Shown: positions 15,108 through 63,882 of the stretch, one piece after another
Layout: the number at the start of each line of letters is the position of its first letter
How positions within the stretch are numbered: position 1 is the stretch's first letter
From: Chrysomallon squamiferum
Lineage: Eukaryota > Animalia > Mollusca
Length of the DNA: 64,000 bases
Direction: 5' to 3'
Assembly: GCA_012295275.1 (NCBI GenBank)
Contig: CM022675.1
Span: forward strand, 310,001 to 374,000
Notes under the pieces: generated by a model
Database searches by the model: none
Told to the model about the DNA's origin: nothing
Seen by the model: the letters and a program-made list of their open reading frames with translations, nothing else
Position numbers and translations under genes: made by a program

Positions 15108-15425
15108 TTGCATACATACATACATACATACATACATACATACATACATACATACATACATACATACATACATACATACATACATACATACATACATACA
15201 TACATACATACATACATACATACATACATACATACATACATACATACAAAAACATACATACATACAAACATACATACATACAAACATACATCTACACATA
15301 CATACATGTATGTGTTTGTGTGTGTGTGTGTGTACACGGACATATACCATTCATTCATACATAGATTCATTCATCCATCCATCCATCCATCCATCCATCC
15401 ATCCATCCATCCATCCATCCATACA
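15108..15425. repeat. (CATA)n and (CATC)n microsatellites in intron 1
   Basis: Directly visible. Confidence 0.95.
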
Positions 15426-15708
15426 TATACACACATATATATATGTAATTGTTTTGAGTTACGAGCCGAAATCCGAGTTTCGAGCGAGCTTCAGATAACC
15501 GCCGCTAGTTGGCGCAACGAACAACATCCCGAGTCTCGCTCGTTTACGTCACGTGATTACCTCGTCGCGAAGCATGACTAGTGTGTGTATATATCTACCT
15601 GTCTGTCTACCTACCTACATGCGCACGTACTTATGTTCATATTTAAATTTCGTTTATTCATTACAGTTATGATTATGAAATCATTTTTCGGTATACATAC
15701 GTAGGAAA

Positions 15709-15751
<43 letters not shown>

Positions 15752-16227
15752 ATTGAAGTATTGAAAACTTTAGTATGTAGAATAAACTGTTGTTTTAAGT
15801 GAAATGTTTTTCTCCCGTTCATACATTTAAGCAGTTGTTTCCAAACGTTCGAGATCTTAACTGTCTGCCTTCTTATATATGCGAAATCATTTCTTTTCCA
15901 GCCACTCCCTAAAATTGCAACCTACGATTTTACGACATACTTTGAATGAAAGCATAGAAAAAATTGCAAACTTTTATTATTTTTATTGCGATATCGCCCA
16001 GTTTCTTTTAATTATCATAACAAACACATTTGTAATTCAAATTAAGAAATAAAATATTTATTGACACAGAAAACAAATGAATATAAAAAAGGTGGCTCGT
16101 TGGAGATACATATGATAAAAAAAAGAATGTTATTCAGAGGTTTAATCCACTTGTGCCAGGACAGACGTACTTGAAAAATTTATGAAAGTAGCATATCAAC
16201 ACATATAATCATCGCAAACTCATACAC

Positions 16228-16258
<31 letters not shown>

Positions 16259-16909
16259 GTTTAGCTCTTGAATACCTTTGCTTGTTTTTACATAATACAT
16301 CGAGTAAACACTTATCTCAATTGCTGAGATGTCTTGTTAGTCGCAGTGAAATGGAGAGACAGGGAAGACTAACTAGCTATCGCCTATTGGCTTGGAAACA
16401 TTGCTTACTCACCTAGTGTTTAGTTACAGTAGGCTGGCCTGGCCCATAGTCAGTCAATGGAGTGTAACCTCACCTATATACCGTGTACACGATTTTAAAA
16501 GAAAAACTATTTACATCACAGCGAAAAATAAAATCTTCAAATTGTTGCATATCATTTTGAGCAATACTGTGATATTCAAGGCGTTGTATGCGATTTGAAT
16601 ACAGATAGTTTATGTTATTAATTAATTAATTATTATTATTATTATTATTATTACTACTACTACTACTACTACTACTTATTTATCCTTATTATTGTTGTTA
16701 TTGTTGTTGTTGTTGTTGTTGTTATTATTATTATTTATTATTTATTAAACATTGTTTACTCACCCAGTGTTTAGTTGCAGTAGGCTGGCCTGGCCCATAG
16801 TCAGTCAGTGGAGTGTAACCTCACCCGTATACCGGGTACACGATTCTGAAAGAAAAACTATTTACATCAGAGTGAAAAATAAAATCTTCAAATTGTGACG
16901 TATCATCAA

Positions 16910-17320
16910 TCTTTGCTATCTTCAAATCAACATGTATGACACAAAAAACATTAAAAGACGTTTGTAGTGGCCATTTGAATCAAACAACAGACCGATGAAA
17001 GTTTAAAATGTTAATACAACCATCGCCTGGACGTTTAAAACCTCTGCAGACAGCCTTTCTGAAACTTTACAACTTTGATTATTAGTTTGCGTTAGTTAAT
17101 CCCAGTTTTTATTATTAAAATTATAATTATATAATAATAAATATCCCAATAAACTATACGCTCTGCTGTTTAGGTTTTCGATATTTAAAATTTTGCCATT
17201 AACTCCTTTATTTAAGACCTGTAAAATGTAAATTATAAAATAAATATATAAGATAACTAAATAAATATTACCAAAAATAAAATGACTTTTAAAATGTAAG
17301 ACATTTGCTTTCATATAAAA
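16910..17320. mobile_element. Decayed LTR-like block homologous to the repeats flanking the Gypsy remnants in copy-2 intron 1
   Basis: Shares ctatcttcaa..caacatgtatg, aaccatcgc..ggacgtt..cctctgcagacagcctttctgaa and tagtttgcgttagttaatcccagttttt with 38190-38700. Confidence 0.55.
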
Positions 17321-17773
17321 AAAAAGTTTTTTTGAATGTTATCAAATCTGAATAAAATACTGAATATTACTATCACTGTAACACAGAGGTCAACCATTCT
17401 CCTTTAACGTCTTTGATAAAAAGTCCAAAACGTTTATAGTTTATAGTTCAAATAAACTTAATATAAAAGTAACTCATCACAGTGTTTCACGTATTGCCAT
17501 ATTGAACAAAATGCTGACTTATGGTGAACGTTTTATTAAAATGACAAATCATTTATGTTATTAATGTTCAGTATATCTTCTACGCACATCTTCACTGTTT
17601 ACCTTTTATGTTATTATTAAAACGTATATAACTGGCGTATTTATACAGCCTCTCAATATTCTGTTTTTAATGCCAATAATGTTATGATGATGACGACGGC
17701 GATGTTGATGGTAATAATAATTTGTTCCGTTTTCCTAGACTTTTAATAACTATAACATCCATTTGCGATTCTA

Positions 17774-19025
17774 GGACAACTGCTCCCTCCGAAATCTGTC
17801 CCCCCGGACAACTGCCCCCTGGACAACTGTATACTAAGTCACCTCTTACAAGAGTTCATTGACCCTTTTCAGTTTTCACTCTTTGATGTTTTCATTTATT
17901 CCACTCAGATAGTCCAGTTCATTAGTGCTTGTCCACGCTTTACAATGTCTATAAGTTTCGAGAAATTCAGACGGTAGCTAGGCGCCAGTGTTTGACTGGA
18001 AGCGACGGCGCCACCCTTCCACGAAGTCATTAGCCCGAGGCACATTTTCCCCCTCCCCAACCGCTGAAGCACGCTGCACATGACAACATTGTAACGTGGA
18101 CTACGTCTGCGACCAACTGTGCGACACTGGCGAAGTTGTCCTCAAAGCTCTCCAGTATTTGTAATCCGGTGTCATCATCATCATCAGTTTTTGGTAGTGC
18201 TTCAAAAGCTGCCGTCACTTCATCCACCTGAACGAATGTAGTTGCAGCTATCTGACGGATCAGTAAGACAAACACTTCATCAGTACTGTAACAAACTGCC
18301 AGACTAATGAGTTGAATTTGGCGCACGATGCATTGGCTCAAATGAAAGAAGCATCCAGTCACAGTTTAGCTTTACAGACGTGTTGTCTTCTTCCTTCACT
18401 CCTCCACCGAATTCCTTCTGTCGGACATGCATATAGTTTTCGAAGGCAAGTTTTCGATGACCTCAGTCTGACTCACTGAACTGCATCTAATGGAATAGAG
18501 TAATATTGCTGAAACTGAAATTGAAAAAAAAAAAAAAATTAATTGCTAATCAGAGCAAGCTGTAGTGAAGCACGTTTACGACGGGCACGCTTTCTGACAG
18601 GTCAGCGGGCGTGTCCGTTGCATGCTATAAGGCATGACCTTATATATTGTTTCATTCATGTTACTTATAGGTCACTTGCCAAATTAGTAATTAGCTGACT
18701 TTCGTTAGCTTTGATGTTAGGTGATGTTTTGTAAGATGTTAAAGAATAACAAAGTAATCCAAATGCCTTTGATCAAGTCTAATTAGTAATTCGCCGAGTC
18801 TAGTCAGCTTTGACTAATTTATTGGACTTGGTAATCTAAATTCCTTTAATCAAGTTTAGTGTAACACACGTTGACTAATTTATTGGAATGTTGCTTGAAA
18901 ATCATTTTGAATGGTATATTTGAAGAAAAATAGGGGGACGGCAGTTGTCCTGATATATTTCTGAGCGCTACAGAAACATTTCGAAGTTGTCCTGATATCT
19001 TTCTGAGCGCTACAGAAACATTTCG
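17774..19025 (-). mobile_element. Mutator-like (MULE) DNA transposon remnant
   Basis: Minus-strand ORF 18030-18362 reads TGCFFHLSQCIVRQIQ...FVQVDEVTAAFEAL...FEDNF, and an adjacent frame reads FVEGWRRRF. These match MULE transposase GCxFH and VEGWH motifs. GGACAACTG(C)CCCC motifs at the left end and inverted GGCAGTTGTCC at the right end. Confidence 0.75.
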
Positions 19026-19086
<61 letters not shown>

Positions 19087-20172
19087 TACATATATATATA
19101 TATATATATATAAGATAAGGAAAAATGAATCTGTTTTTCTTATTCAATTTAATGGACAGATTACATACGAATATTTATATATTCGTGGAACACAGATAAG
19201 CAAATCCTGGATTTGTTGTCCTAGTTGACAAAAGTCATAATATTGACATATGTTGTAAAATCATTTAAGAATGTGCAATACTTTTGTTCCGAGATTTAGT
19301 TCCAGTGTAAACAGCTAATAATTACAGTTGTGATAAAAGTCTGTTTCGTCATGTTGAATAATAAATAATACGGACACCATCATAGTTCAGCTTTACCCAC
19401 TTGTTAAGTTTTGTTTTACGGAAAACTGTAATAGATTTTTACACTTTCTGTATGTCAATTATTAAACTCAAGATTTCCTATTTGAATAAAACAGTATAAA
19501 AGATATTACAGAGGCAGCGAACTTTAGTATTTATTCTCCATTTGAAGATTTTTATTTATATTTCACAGAAGGATGAGAAACATTAAATTATTAAGTTAAC
19601 AGAATAAATCAAATGGTTATATATCAAATGGTTATATGCAAGGTGTGAAGAATATATTTTACCCTCTCCAGCTGAAACAGATATTTATTTTAATGAAATA
19701 TTATTGTTTTTCTATGACATATATATTAATAATACATTTATATCTCATTTAGCAATGTTAAAAATATGAACTTCATTCATTGTGATATACCATTTATATC
19801 TTTATTAATAATTCTTAATTAAAATGGTTAAACAAGGTCTACAAACTGATAGTTATAGTTTTAAATACTGTTAATTTATTATTATTGCACCTTTAATGTC
19901 TGATAATAAGTCATATCTCATTCTGTCGTATACTATTCTATCCCACCCATTTTGTCACGTGTAGTCTTTGCTATAATAATTATTAGCTCAAAGTGTACTT
20001 CTAGCAATACGGCTCTCTTGGTTTAGTTAATGATGGTTGCATGTACATAACAACTGTTGTTTTCAATATACATAATATTTAATATACTCAGAAGCGGTGA
20101 CACTGTAATTAATTTACCATGGCAGGATGCCATCTGATTATTATTATTATTATTATTATTATTACTGTTGTT

Positions 20173-20217
<45 letters not shown>

Positions 20218-20570
20218 ATTATTGTTATTGTATCTAGCAACTAAATTAACTGCATTATGTTACTGCATATCAATTTGTATATTATTGAACATCTTTAGAT
20301 CAGAAACAAATCAGATATTTTGAATGTATCCTATAAATTATTTAATGTGAACCATTTTAAAATTTGCAGACAAGTGGCGGCGGTCATGACATCCTCATTT
20401 CAGTGAATCCTTTTAAAGAACTTGACATATACACAGAGCAGGTAAATGATAAGTGTAGAATACAGAATACTGTTTCTCTTTTGAAGAAAACATTTTTTTT
20501 TTTTTTTTTGGAGCAGGGTGACTTGATTTATTTTTGTTTTATTTGTTTTCTTTCGTTTCCTTTTTCGATG

Positions 20571-20613
<43 letters not shown>

Positions 20614-20723
20614 TTATTGTCTGCATTATAATATATTGTAAGTTGAATTATTATTATCTCTATTTATAAAAAGTTATCTGTCTCTCTCCACATATGGTAT
20701 GTATTTGTATATATGTGTGTGTG

Positions 20724-20780
<57 letters not shown>

Positions 20781-21283
20781 AAAATGTCTGTATGTTTGAT
20801 AAAAATTACAAACTAGTTACGTAAAAGAAAATATTTACTTTCAGTATCATGAAGAATACAGTATGGAAAACCTGGCTAACAATAATGAGCCTCACATCTT
20901 TGGTGTCACGACGAAGGCGTACAAACGTCTACGTGAAACTGAGAAAAACCAGGTGAGACTTTGTGACTTGTCTTTCTTCTTTAAAAGTAAAATATGAAGC
21001 ACGACACTATCAGTACGTCTCAACACAGACTCTGACTGATTTTCTTTCCACGTAGTTCTCTAGTGCCACACTGAATAATCAGGTGTCGATAAAGACTGTA
21101 ACTCCAACCAAAGTCGTTAAAATAATTTCTCTGATCTCCAAGATATATACACTTGACAAAACCAATTTATTTATTTATATTCTCTTTTATTTTTTTTTTT
21201 TAAATTGTTCATTTATTATTTAAAGACAAGTAACCAAAAAAAAAAAATAAATAAAAAACTTTCATTTTGGGGAGGGGGCTTAT

Positions 21284-21330
<47 letters not shown>

Positions 21331-21792
21331 GTACTAGTTCTACTACTACTACTACTACTACTACTACTTTTACTACAACTACTACTAGCACTACTACTAC
21401 TATTATTATCATTATTATTATTATTGTTCTTATTATTATTATTATTTTACAGGATTTCTTTTAATTAATTTTCTGAAAGAGGATGAAAGGGTTCTGCTTT
21501 CTCACTCTTATTACTCTAAAATCATATAATTCAACATTTAATTATAGTTAATATTAAATGTGACGAATTGTCCTTGTCACTGATTATTTCTTTTTTAAAA
21601 TCTTTCATGTTTTTAATTAAACATTTTTTTTAATGCTTTGATTAAACACTTCTCTAAATAAATTAATTAAACAACTGCAATTTGTTTAAGGAGAATTTAT
21701 TCTCTTACTGAGGCACCTTTTATTCTTATTAGCTCAAAGTACAGAAATCGTTTTTAGCTAAGAAACCTGTACATGGTGTAAGAATACATAAC

Positions 21793-22441
21793 TGTCACGG
21801 GGCCCATACCTTTAAACACCTTGGATATTTTATTAAGGCTCGGGTAACAAGGTGCTTTAATGGCCACCTAAAAGGAATATAAACGCTAAATTGACAGCAA
21901 ACTAAATAAATCAATAATTCTATCTATCCTTTAGAGAAATAAACAGAACACCAGTTAAGGTTCACGTTAATTATTTAATTATGATTAAAATAATACATTA
22001 TACAATCGATAAAGTACATGTCTAAGTAATTTTGATTAATAATACGAGTAAGGTCATATGGGGAACCAAAACAAAATAAGAATCTGCACGGACGACACAT
22101 CAAGACAATAACAATTTTAGGTATAATAAATGTTGTTGACACAGGTTAATTGCACATTACACCCTATCAAAACAAGAACAGACAATTGCTTACCATACTC
22201 GTCCGTAAAAACAATGTCATTAAAAAACATTGGTTTCCCCGCCTGACTGAGCTTTCTTTTTGACCTTTTCCTTCGCTACTTAATTATCAAATGCCAGCCA
22301 TTTTATAACAAAGGCAACAATAAAAAGCGCGGATGTGGTTGTAGTTAGAATTAATTACGTAATGTCAATTCCATGGCATGAAATAAAAAGCACGGATGTC
22401 ATTGAAGTAACAATTTGTTACGCAATCCGAATTCAGTGACA
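21793..22441. mobile_element. Solo-LTR-like insertion with 5-bp target-site duplication
   Basis: ATAAC|TGTCAC...GTGACA|ATAAC. The paralogous intron in copy 2 has the empty site with a single ATAAC (about 42296-42300). Same family as 26646 and 46451. Confidence 0.85.
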
Positions 22442-23570
22442 ATAACATCTGTTAACCGTTTAGAAAGAAACTATATATTGTCTTTATAAGGTAGCTATTT
22501 ATTTCGAATGGGTTATTTGACTATTGGATATTTTCAACAAAAAAAAAAAAAAAAAAACAAAACAACAAAATAATAATAATAATAATAATAACAACAACAG
22601 TAAATATGTGACTGTTACACTCTTATTTTATTTTTTGGCCCAGGTGCTGCTTGTTACAGGTGAATCTGGATCGGGAAAAACAGAAAACACCAAATTGATG
22701 ATAAAACATTTGATCTGGATGGGTGGCAGTAATTCTCAACTTGCTAAGGAAGTCCTAGAGGTTCATTTATTTATTTATTTGTTTTTATTTGTTTGTTTGT
22801 TTGTTTGTTTCTCTAATTATTTTAATTTGTATGTTTGTTTAATGAATATTTAATTGTATTTGTAAATTAATGTGTGTGTGTACTGTTACTATTAAAAAAA
22901 AATTCTGGAATGTTTTAATCAGGTTAACCCTTTGTTGGAGGCTTTTGGCAATGCAAAGACAATCCTCAATAACAATTCCAGCAGATTTGCCAAATATCTA
23001 GAACTAGGCTGTGATGAGAATGGTCAGATTGTAGATGGTAAGTTGTGGAAAATAAGAAAAGGATGACAAATTGCATTAATTACACTTATATTAGTAAATA
23101 AATTGAACAAGTGCAGTAAAACTGTTAGAGAATATTTTTCATGAATTTATCTGTTCATCTGTTTGTTAAATATCTTCGTGTATGTCTATATGACAATGTG
23201 ATGTGGTTGTTGTTGTTGCTGGATGTGTACAATACAGAAACAAATGCTTATTTCTACAGCCACAATACGGGATTACATGCTGGAAAAGTCGAGGGTTGTT
23301 CTGCAGTCTGAAGGGGAAGCGAATTTCCACATTTTTTACTGTCTCCTAGCTGGACTCAATGAAAAGGAAAAAAAAGAACTCAAACTTGATTCAAACAGTT
23401 TCAGGTAGGTTACATGATAATAAGCTGCTTTAGATTGTTAATTAATTTAAACATCTTTATATATGTAATAAGATTTTTTATTTATTGCAACAAAATGGTA
23501 ATAAATATTTATATATTTATTTACTTATTATTTATTTATTACTCATTTACTTAAATATTTATCTATCTAC

Positions 23571-23622
<52 letters not shown>

Positions 23623-24691
23623 ATATATATATATATATATATGTATTTAATTATTTATTTATGTGTTTATTTATTTACTGTTCGTTTCCTTTAAACTATT
23701 TGTTATTTGTTTGTTGACAGAATCGCATCAAAGCCTTTTCCCAAACAGAAACAAGATCTTATTGAAGACTTCAAGATTCAAAATGACATCATGAAAATGA
23801 TTGGCCTGACAGGCGAGGTAAAATTCTAGCAACCAAATTAACCAAATTTCACCATCGGTAAAATATCTACAAAAACATAAAATGCTGGTGTGAGGGGTAT
23901 AAGAGAAAGACAGAACGAATGAGATATAGATAGAAAGATAGAGAGAGAGAAATGAAGAGAGACATTGAGAGCGTTTTATTTAATTAATTTATATGCAGCA
24001 TATTGTTATTAGGCTCAACATTATTCTGTGTTTTTTCAGGAAATTTCAAATGTGAACATAATACTGGCAGCAATTCTTCACATCACTAACATCAAGTTCA
24101 CAGAGACGGATAACGACATGACGGAAGTCAAAGATGAACGTCCAATGCATTTCGGTAAAATGAAACTAATTTCACTTATCTACAGAGCAGTCTTCAATTA
24201 AAGAAAACCCATTATCATTATCATCATCATCATCATCATCATTATTCATCGTTGTTGTTATTATTATTAGTTCATCATCAATTATTATCGTTGTTGTTGT
24301 TATTAAGTTCTATAACAGTATTAGTAAAGGGAGATAATTCAAAATGATTATTTATTTTTTTTTTTTCTTTTGTAGCTGCGACACTTCTGCAGATTGATGT
24401 TGAAAGTTTTGCAAAGTTTCTCGTGACCAGGAAAATAAAAGTCGCTGGTAAGAAGAAATATAATTCATTTGTTATTGATTTTATTTTATTTTTATAATTA
24501 TTATTTTATTTAATTACATACATTTTAATTAACGCTTTTATGAAGGTATGCATACATTGTCATTTTGCTGTCAACTTCACAATTAAACATTATCCTTCAT
24601 ACATTTTCATTCTTGATTTTCTTTTTAATTATAATGGTACCTTTAGTCATCAAACAAAAATTTAAAAAATGGTCTACAAATATTTTGCATA

Positions 24692-25553
24692 CAGTGGTAC
24701 CTTGACTTAAGAGTTTAATTTGACCTGTGACCGAGCTAGTAACTCAATTTGCTCGTATATCAAATCAATTGTCCCAACTGAAATTAAATGAAATACCATT
24801 AATCCGTTCAAGCCCCCTCCCTCAAAAGCCACTTTAAAAATTTGTCTGTTTTTTGTTTTTGTTTTTTGTAACGTGTTTTTAAATAAGAATAATGTATTTG
24901 TATATTACAAATATTGTATGAAAACAAAATAAAAGAGAATGTAAAGAAATAAATTGGTTTTGTAAGGTGCATATATCTTGGAGATCAGAGAAATTATTTT
25001 AACGCCTTTGGTTGGAGTTACAGCCTTTATCGACACCTGATTATTCAGTGTGGCACTAGAGAACTACGTGGAAAGAAAACCAGTCAGAGTCTGTGTTGAG
25101 ACGTACTGATAGTGTCGTGCTTCATATTTTACTTTTAAAGAAAAAAGACAAGTAAGAAAGACTCACCTGGTTTTCCTCAGTTTCACGTACTGCTCGTACT
25201 GTCTCGCTCATGTTTTTCTATGATTTCATGCTTTAATTCAATGGACATCACCCGCTTCTTCTTCATAGCACTGTCCTTTGCACTCACTTTCCTACGATCC
25301 ATGGTAAGAAATAAGAAATTTGTCAAAATACGCGAGCACAACACAACAGAGAGGCCTCCGCGGCGAGATAACCACGTAAAGTAAACGAATGTGACGCGGG
25401 ATGCTGGCCGGATGTTGTGTTCTTCCTAGCGTATCTGAAACTCGCTCGTAACTCGGATTTTGGCTCGCAACTGAAAGATAAACATCGACCAAGCGACAGC
25501 TCGTAACTCGGAAAACTGTTAAGTGGGGGGACTCATAAGTAAAGGTACCATTG
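24692..25553 (-). mobile_element. Tigger-derived MITE in intron 9 of copy 1, carrying an inverted host-gene fragment
   Basis: Ends TA|CAGTGGTACCTTGACTTA and TAAGTAAAGGTACCATTG|TA. The minus strand encodes MDRRKVSAKDSAMKKKRVMSIELKHEIIEKHER, resembling the Tigger transposase N-terminal HTH region. Confidence 0.85.
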
Positions 25554-25754
25554 TACTTAAATGTTATTAATATTTTGTATGAGTCCAGAGACAATTAATA
25601 AGCTAGTGAGGGGACAATAATAATCAAATTTTTATTTTATTACAGACATTTGTAAAAAGCAAAACAATGATCAGATAGAAATTCAGTGAAACAGAGAGAA
25701 TTACATGATATTTATCTAAGTGTTATATGCATACATACACATATACACACACAC

Positions 25755-25872
<118 letters not shown>

Positions 25873-26645
25873 TTCTTTGTTTATAGTTACATTATGATGT
25901 GATGTAGGTGAGATTATTGACTGTCTGAACAACAAGGCTCAGGCAGATGAGGGGCGAGACGCTCTTGCTAAAGCTCTCTACGACAGACTGTTCGGCTGGC
26001 TTGTCAGACAGATCAACGTGGCTCTCCACAAAACAAATTCCAAGTATGTCTTAATCCCAGTTTCTTACTGTATTGTTATCATTAGCAGTAATAATAGCGG
26101 CAGTGCTGGAACTAGTAGTAATAGTTGTTGTTGTTGTTGGTGGTGGTGTTGTAGCAATTAGTGTTGTTGTAATACAAATATATACATATATAATATGTAT
26201 AAACGTTCTCTTCATTTAAGCACCATATATGTAAGACAGACAATCTTTTTGTAAGTTCTATTTAACTTAGTGACTACAAACCGTTTATTACAACCGTTTT
26301 AACGTTTAATTTATAATTAAAAGTAGGTCTGCTGTTGCCGGGTCTATTGGCATCTTGGATATATGTGGATTTGAGACTTTGCGAAACAATGGCTTAGAAC
26401 AACTCTGCATCAATATCGTGAACGAAAAGTTCCAGATGTTCATGAACAATAAAATTTTCCAGAGAGAAAAGGAAATATTCGAAAGTGAGGGTTTGGAGTG
26501 GATTTCAACAGAATATACCAGCAATCAGGATATAGTTGATATGTTTTTAAAGTAAGTAATTTTATTATATTAAATACTGTCACTGAAACATTTACTTCTT
26601 CAGTGAAGACTGAAGACAATTTACAGAACTGCTATTTTTATATAC

Positions 26646-27407
26646 TGTCACGTGGCCCACACCATTAAACACCTTGGATGTTTTATTAAGGTTCAGCCTA
26701 GGTAACAATGGACACCAAAGCAGGAATTTAAACGCTAAAATGACAGCAATCTAAATAGTTCTATCTTTCCATTGTGGAAATAAACACAAGTTAAAGTAAA
26801 AGTTAATTATTTAATTATGATATACAGGTGACATAAGAATAATAATTGATACAATCGATAAAACATATTTAAGTAATTTTGATTAATGATACGAGTAAGG
26901 TCATACGGGGAACCAAGACAAAATAAGAATCTGCACGGAAGACAGATTAAACAATTAAAATGTTCTTGATACAGGTTAATTGCACATTACAACCTATCAA
27001 AATAAGAATAGACAATAGCTTACCATACTCGTCCGTAAAGACAACGTCATTCAAAAACATTGGTTTCCCCGCCTGACTTTGCTCTCATGTTGGCCTTTTC
27101 CTTCGCTGCTTAATTATGGAATGGAATGAAAAAAATTAACGTGCTAATGAGAGCAAGCTGTTGTGAAGCACGTCTGCGACAGGCACGCTTTCTGACAGGT
27201 CAGCGGGCGTGGCCGTCGCATCTTAATTACCAACTGCCAGCCCTTTTATAACAACGCCATGGAGTTGAAAAATTGGCGGAAACAATCAAAACCGCGGACG
27301 TAATTGAAGCTACAATTGGTTACGCAATTTCAATTCCATGGCATAAAAATAAAAACCGCCGATATGATTGAAGTAACAATTTGTTACGCAATCTGAATTC
27401 CGTGACA
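26646..27407. mobile_element. Solo-LTR-like element in intron 11 of copy 1
   Basis: TGTCACG...CGTGACA termini; homologous throughout to 21793-22441; flanking duplication is imperfect. Confidence 0.75.
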
Positions 27408-27822
27408 TATGTGTTATAATAATGTTACGACTTCAGGAAAAGACGGGAATCCTACACCTGATTGACGAGGACACAAGATTCCAGCAAGCTACAGACTCTC
27501 TCTAGTGACCAAACTGGATGACCACTATGGTGGATCTGAATACTACCACAAAACAAAGGGAAACCATCCAGAATTTTACATAAAACACTTCGCCGGCTTG
27601 GTCAGTACTGACGTTACACAATTTATTTTATCTAGTGATGGCACAGAATTAAATGTTAAATCTGAGAAATGTTAAAAGTGAATTAATAGAAGTCAAAAAA
27701 TCTTATTACTATCTGGTATTAGATAATATATAATAATAATAATTATTATTATTATTATTATATAATATTTCACTATATGAATGTCTGAGTGTGTGTGTGT
27801 GTTTGTTTGTATGTGTGTGTCC

Positions 27823-27857
<35 letters not shown>

Positions 27858-28528
27858 ATTATCAGAAAGTCAATAGTATTATTAAAACATATTTTAAAAT
27901 AATACTGCTACTACTACTACTACTACTACTAATAATAATAATAGTAATTATACAGTATTTTATTAGAGTATTTATTGTTTATTAATTTAATTTTTGTTTT
28001 TTCAATGTTACTAAACAGCACGGATAACACGTATTTGTGTGGTTTTACGTCAGTCAAAGTATAAATCATGTCATTAAATAGTATCTGCTGTTAAAACTAA
28101 TATAAACATCTTATTAAAGGTGAAATACAACGCAAGTGGATTTTTGGAGAAGAACGGCAATGTACTTAGTCCTGACGTACTCAAGTGTCTCGTTGAAAGC
28201 ACAAATGAGATGATCAGTGATTTGTTTACAGTTCAGCCAACAAACACTGGAACAATTTCAGGGTAAGAGTCATATATCTCGATAAACAAACTGTTATATA
28301 CATACATATATCAATATTTGGAATTCTAATACAATAACAAGGGAGGTAATGCATTGTTTATTTAATTCACAGGACACAGTTTGCATACAGGATGTCTAGA
28401 CGACATCAGCCGGTCTGTCACAAGCCACACGGTAATAAAATCACTGCAGGTCTCGTGCGTGGTACTCTGAAGAGCCTAAAAGGACAGGTAGCTTCGTTTT
28501 AAACCTTTCTGTTAGCCTGTTATTTCCC

Positions 28529-28728
28529 NNNNNNNNNNNNNNNNNNNNNNNNNNNNNNNNNNNNNNNNNNNNNNNNNNNNNNNNNNNNNNNNNNNNNNNN
28601 NNNNNNNNNNNNNNNNNNNNNNNNNNNNNNNNNNNNNNNNNNNNNNNNNNNNNNNNNNNNNNNNNNNNNNNNNNNNNNNNNNNNNNNNNNNNNNNNNNNN
28701 NNNNNNNNNNNNNNNNNNNNNNNNNNNN
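28529..28728. other. Assembly gap (200 N)
   Basis: Run of N. True size unknown. Confidence 1.
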
Positions 28729-29629
28729 GGCGTAAGAAACGTCTACTTTCTACAAAGTAAATGCAAAGGACAGTGCTGAGAAGAAGCGGATAATGTCCCA
28801 ATCGAAGCATGAAATCAGAAAATATGACAGAGATGTGCCTGTAGTCAGCATGACCAGGCAGTAATTACCGATACTTTTACGATATGTACCATACTGACAC
28901 AGAAGGAGTAGATAAAAGTTATAACTCCAGCCAAAGGGTTTAAAATAATTTGTCTGATGTCATGGCTTATGGGGATTATGGCTGGAACGGATTAGTGGTA
29001 TTTCAATTGATTTTAGTTGGGAAAACTGATTTGATATACGAGCAAATATATAAATCTACCAACCTACATGCGTACATACACAAGTTCATATTTAAATTTC
29101 TGTTTGTTTATTACAGTTATGATTATGAAATCATTTTCGGTATACATACATAGGAAATAAATAAATAAATGAATGGAAATATTTTGACTCTGCAATAAAC
29201 TGTTGTTTAACTCATTTCTTTTGCACCCATTCCCTAGACATGCATTGACAGGAAGACTTCCTAGATGTCTTTTATTGGCTTGGAAACATTGTTTACTCAC
29301 CTAGTCTTTAGTTATAGTAGGCTGGCCTGGCCCATAGTCAGTCAGTGGAGTGTATCCTCACCCGTATACCGTGTACACGATTCTAAAAGAAAAACTATAC
29401 ATCACAGCCAAAAATAAAATCTTCAAATTGTAACATATCTTTTTGATCAATCCTGTGAGCTTCAAGGCGTTGTATGCGATTTCAATACCGATAGTTTATG
29501 TTATTAATTAATTAATTTATTTATTGTTTATTTATTTATTTATTTATTATTATTATTATTATTACTACTACTACTAAATTATAATTATTATTGTTATTGT
29601 TGTTGTTGTTGTTATTATTATTATTATTA

Positions 29630-29630
<1 letters not shown>
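28729..29630 (+). other. Intron-1-like remnant of a probable third gene copy (Tigger fragment plus homolog of 15610-16740)
   Basis: 28800-28940 matches 33520-33660. 29061-29210 matches 15610-15795. 29270-29630 matches 16385-16740. Confidence 0.65.
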
Positions 29631-63530
<33,900 letters not shown>

Positions 63531-63876
63531 ACTTCGATGGTTCACGTATTCTATTATTCACGCATAATATCTGGTTACCTATTTTTTACTTATATTCTCT
63601 CAAATACGAAACATTTTATACAAATTGTAAATTAAAAAACAGTTACTGTTAACTATCGATATTTGTAAAAGATACTGATATTTGTCGATATATGTTGAAA
63701 TTATTCTGTATTTCCTATTAATATGTGTAGAAATCACCGACTCTAACATATATATCTATATATATCTATATCTATATCTACCTATATCTATATTTATATC
63801 TAACTATCTATGTATGTATATATAAAAATCTCTGTTATATATCGACACAAGAAAAATCATTGACTGTTAAACTATC

Positions 63877-63882
63877 AATAAA
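63877..63882 (+). promoter_or_regulatory. Candidate polyadenylation signal AATAAA
   Basis: Lies about 350 nt after the stop codon; AT-rich context makes a chance match likely. Confidence 0.3.
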
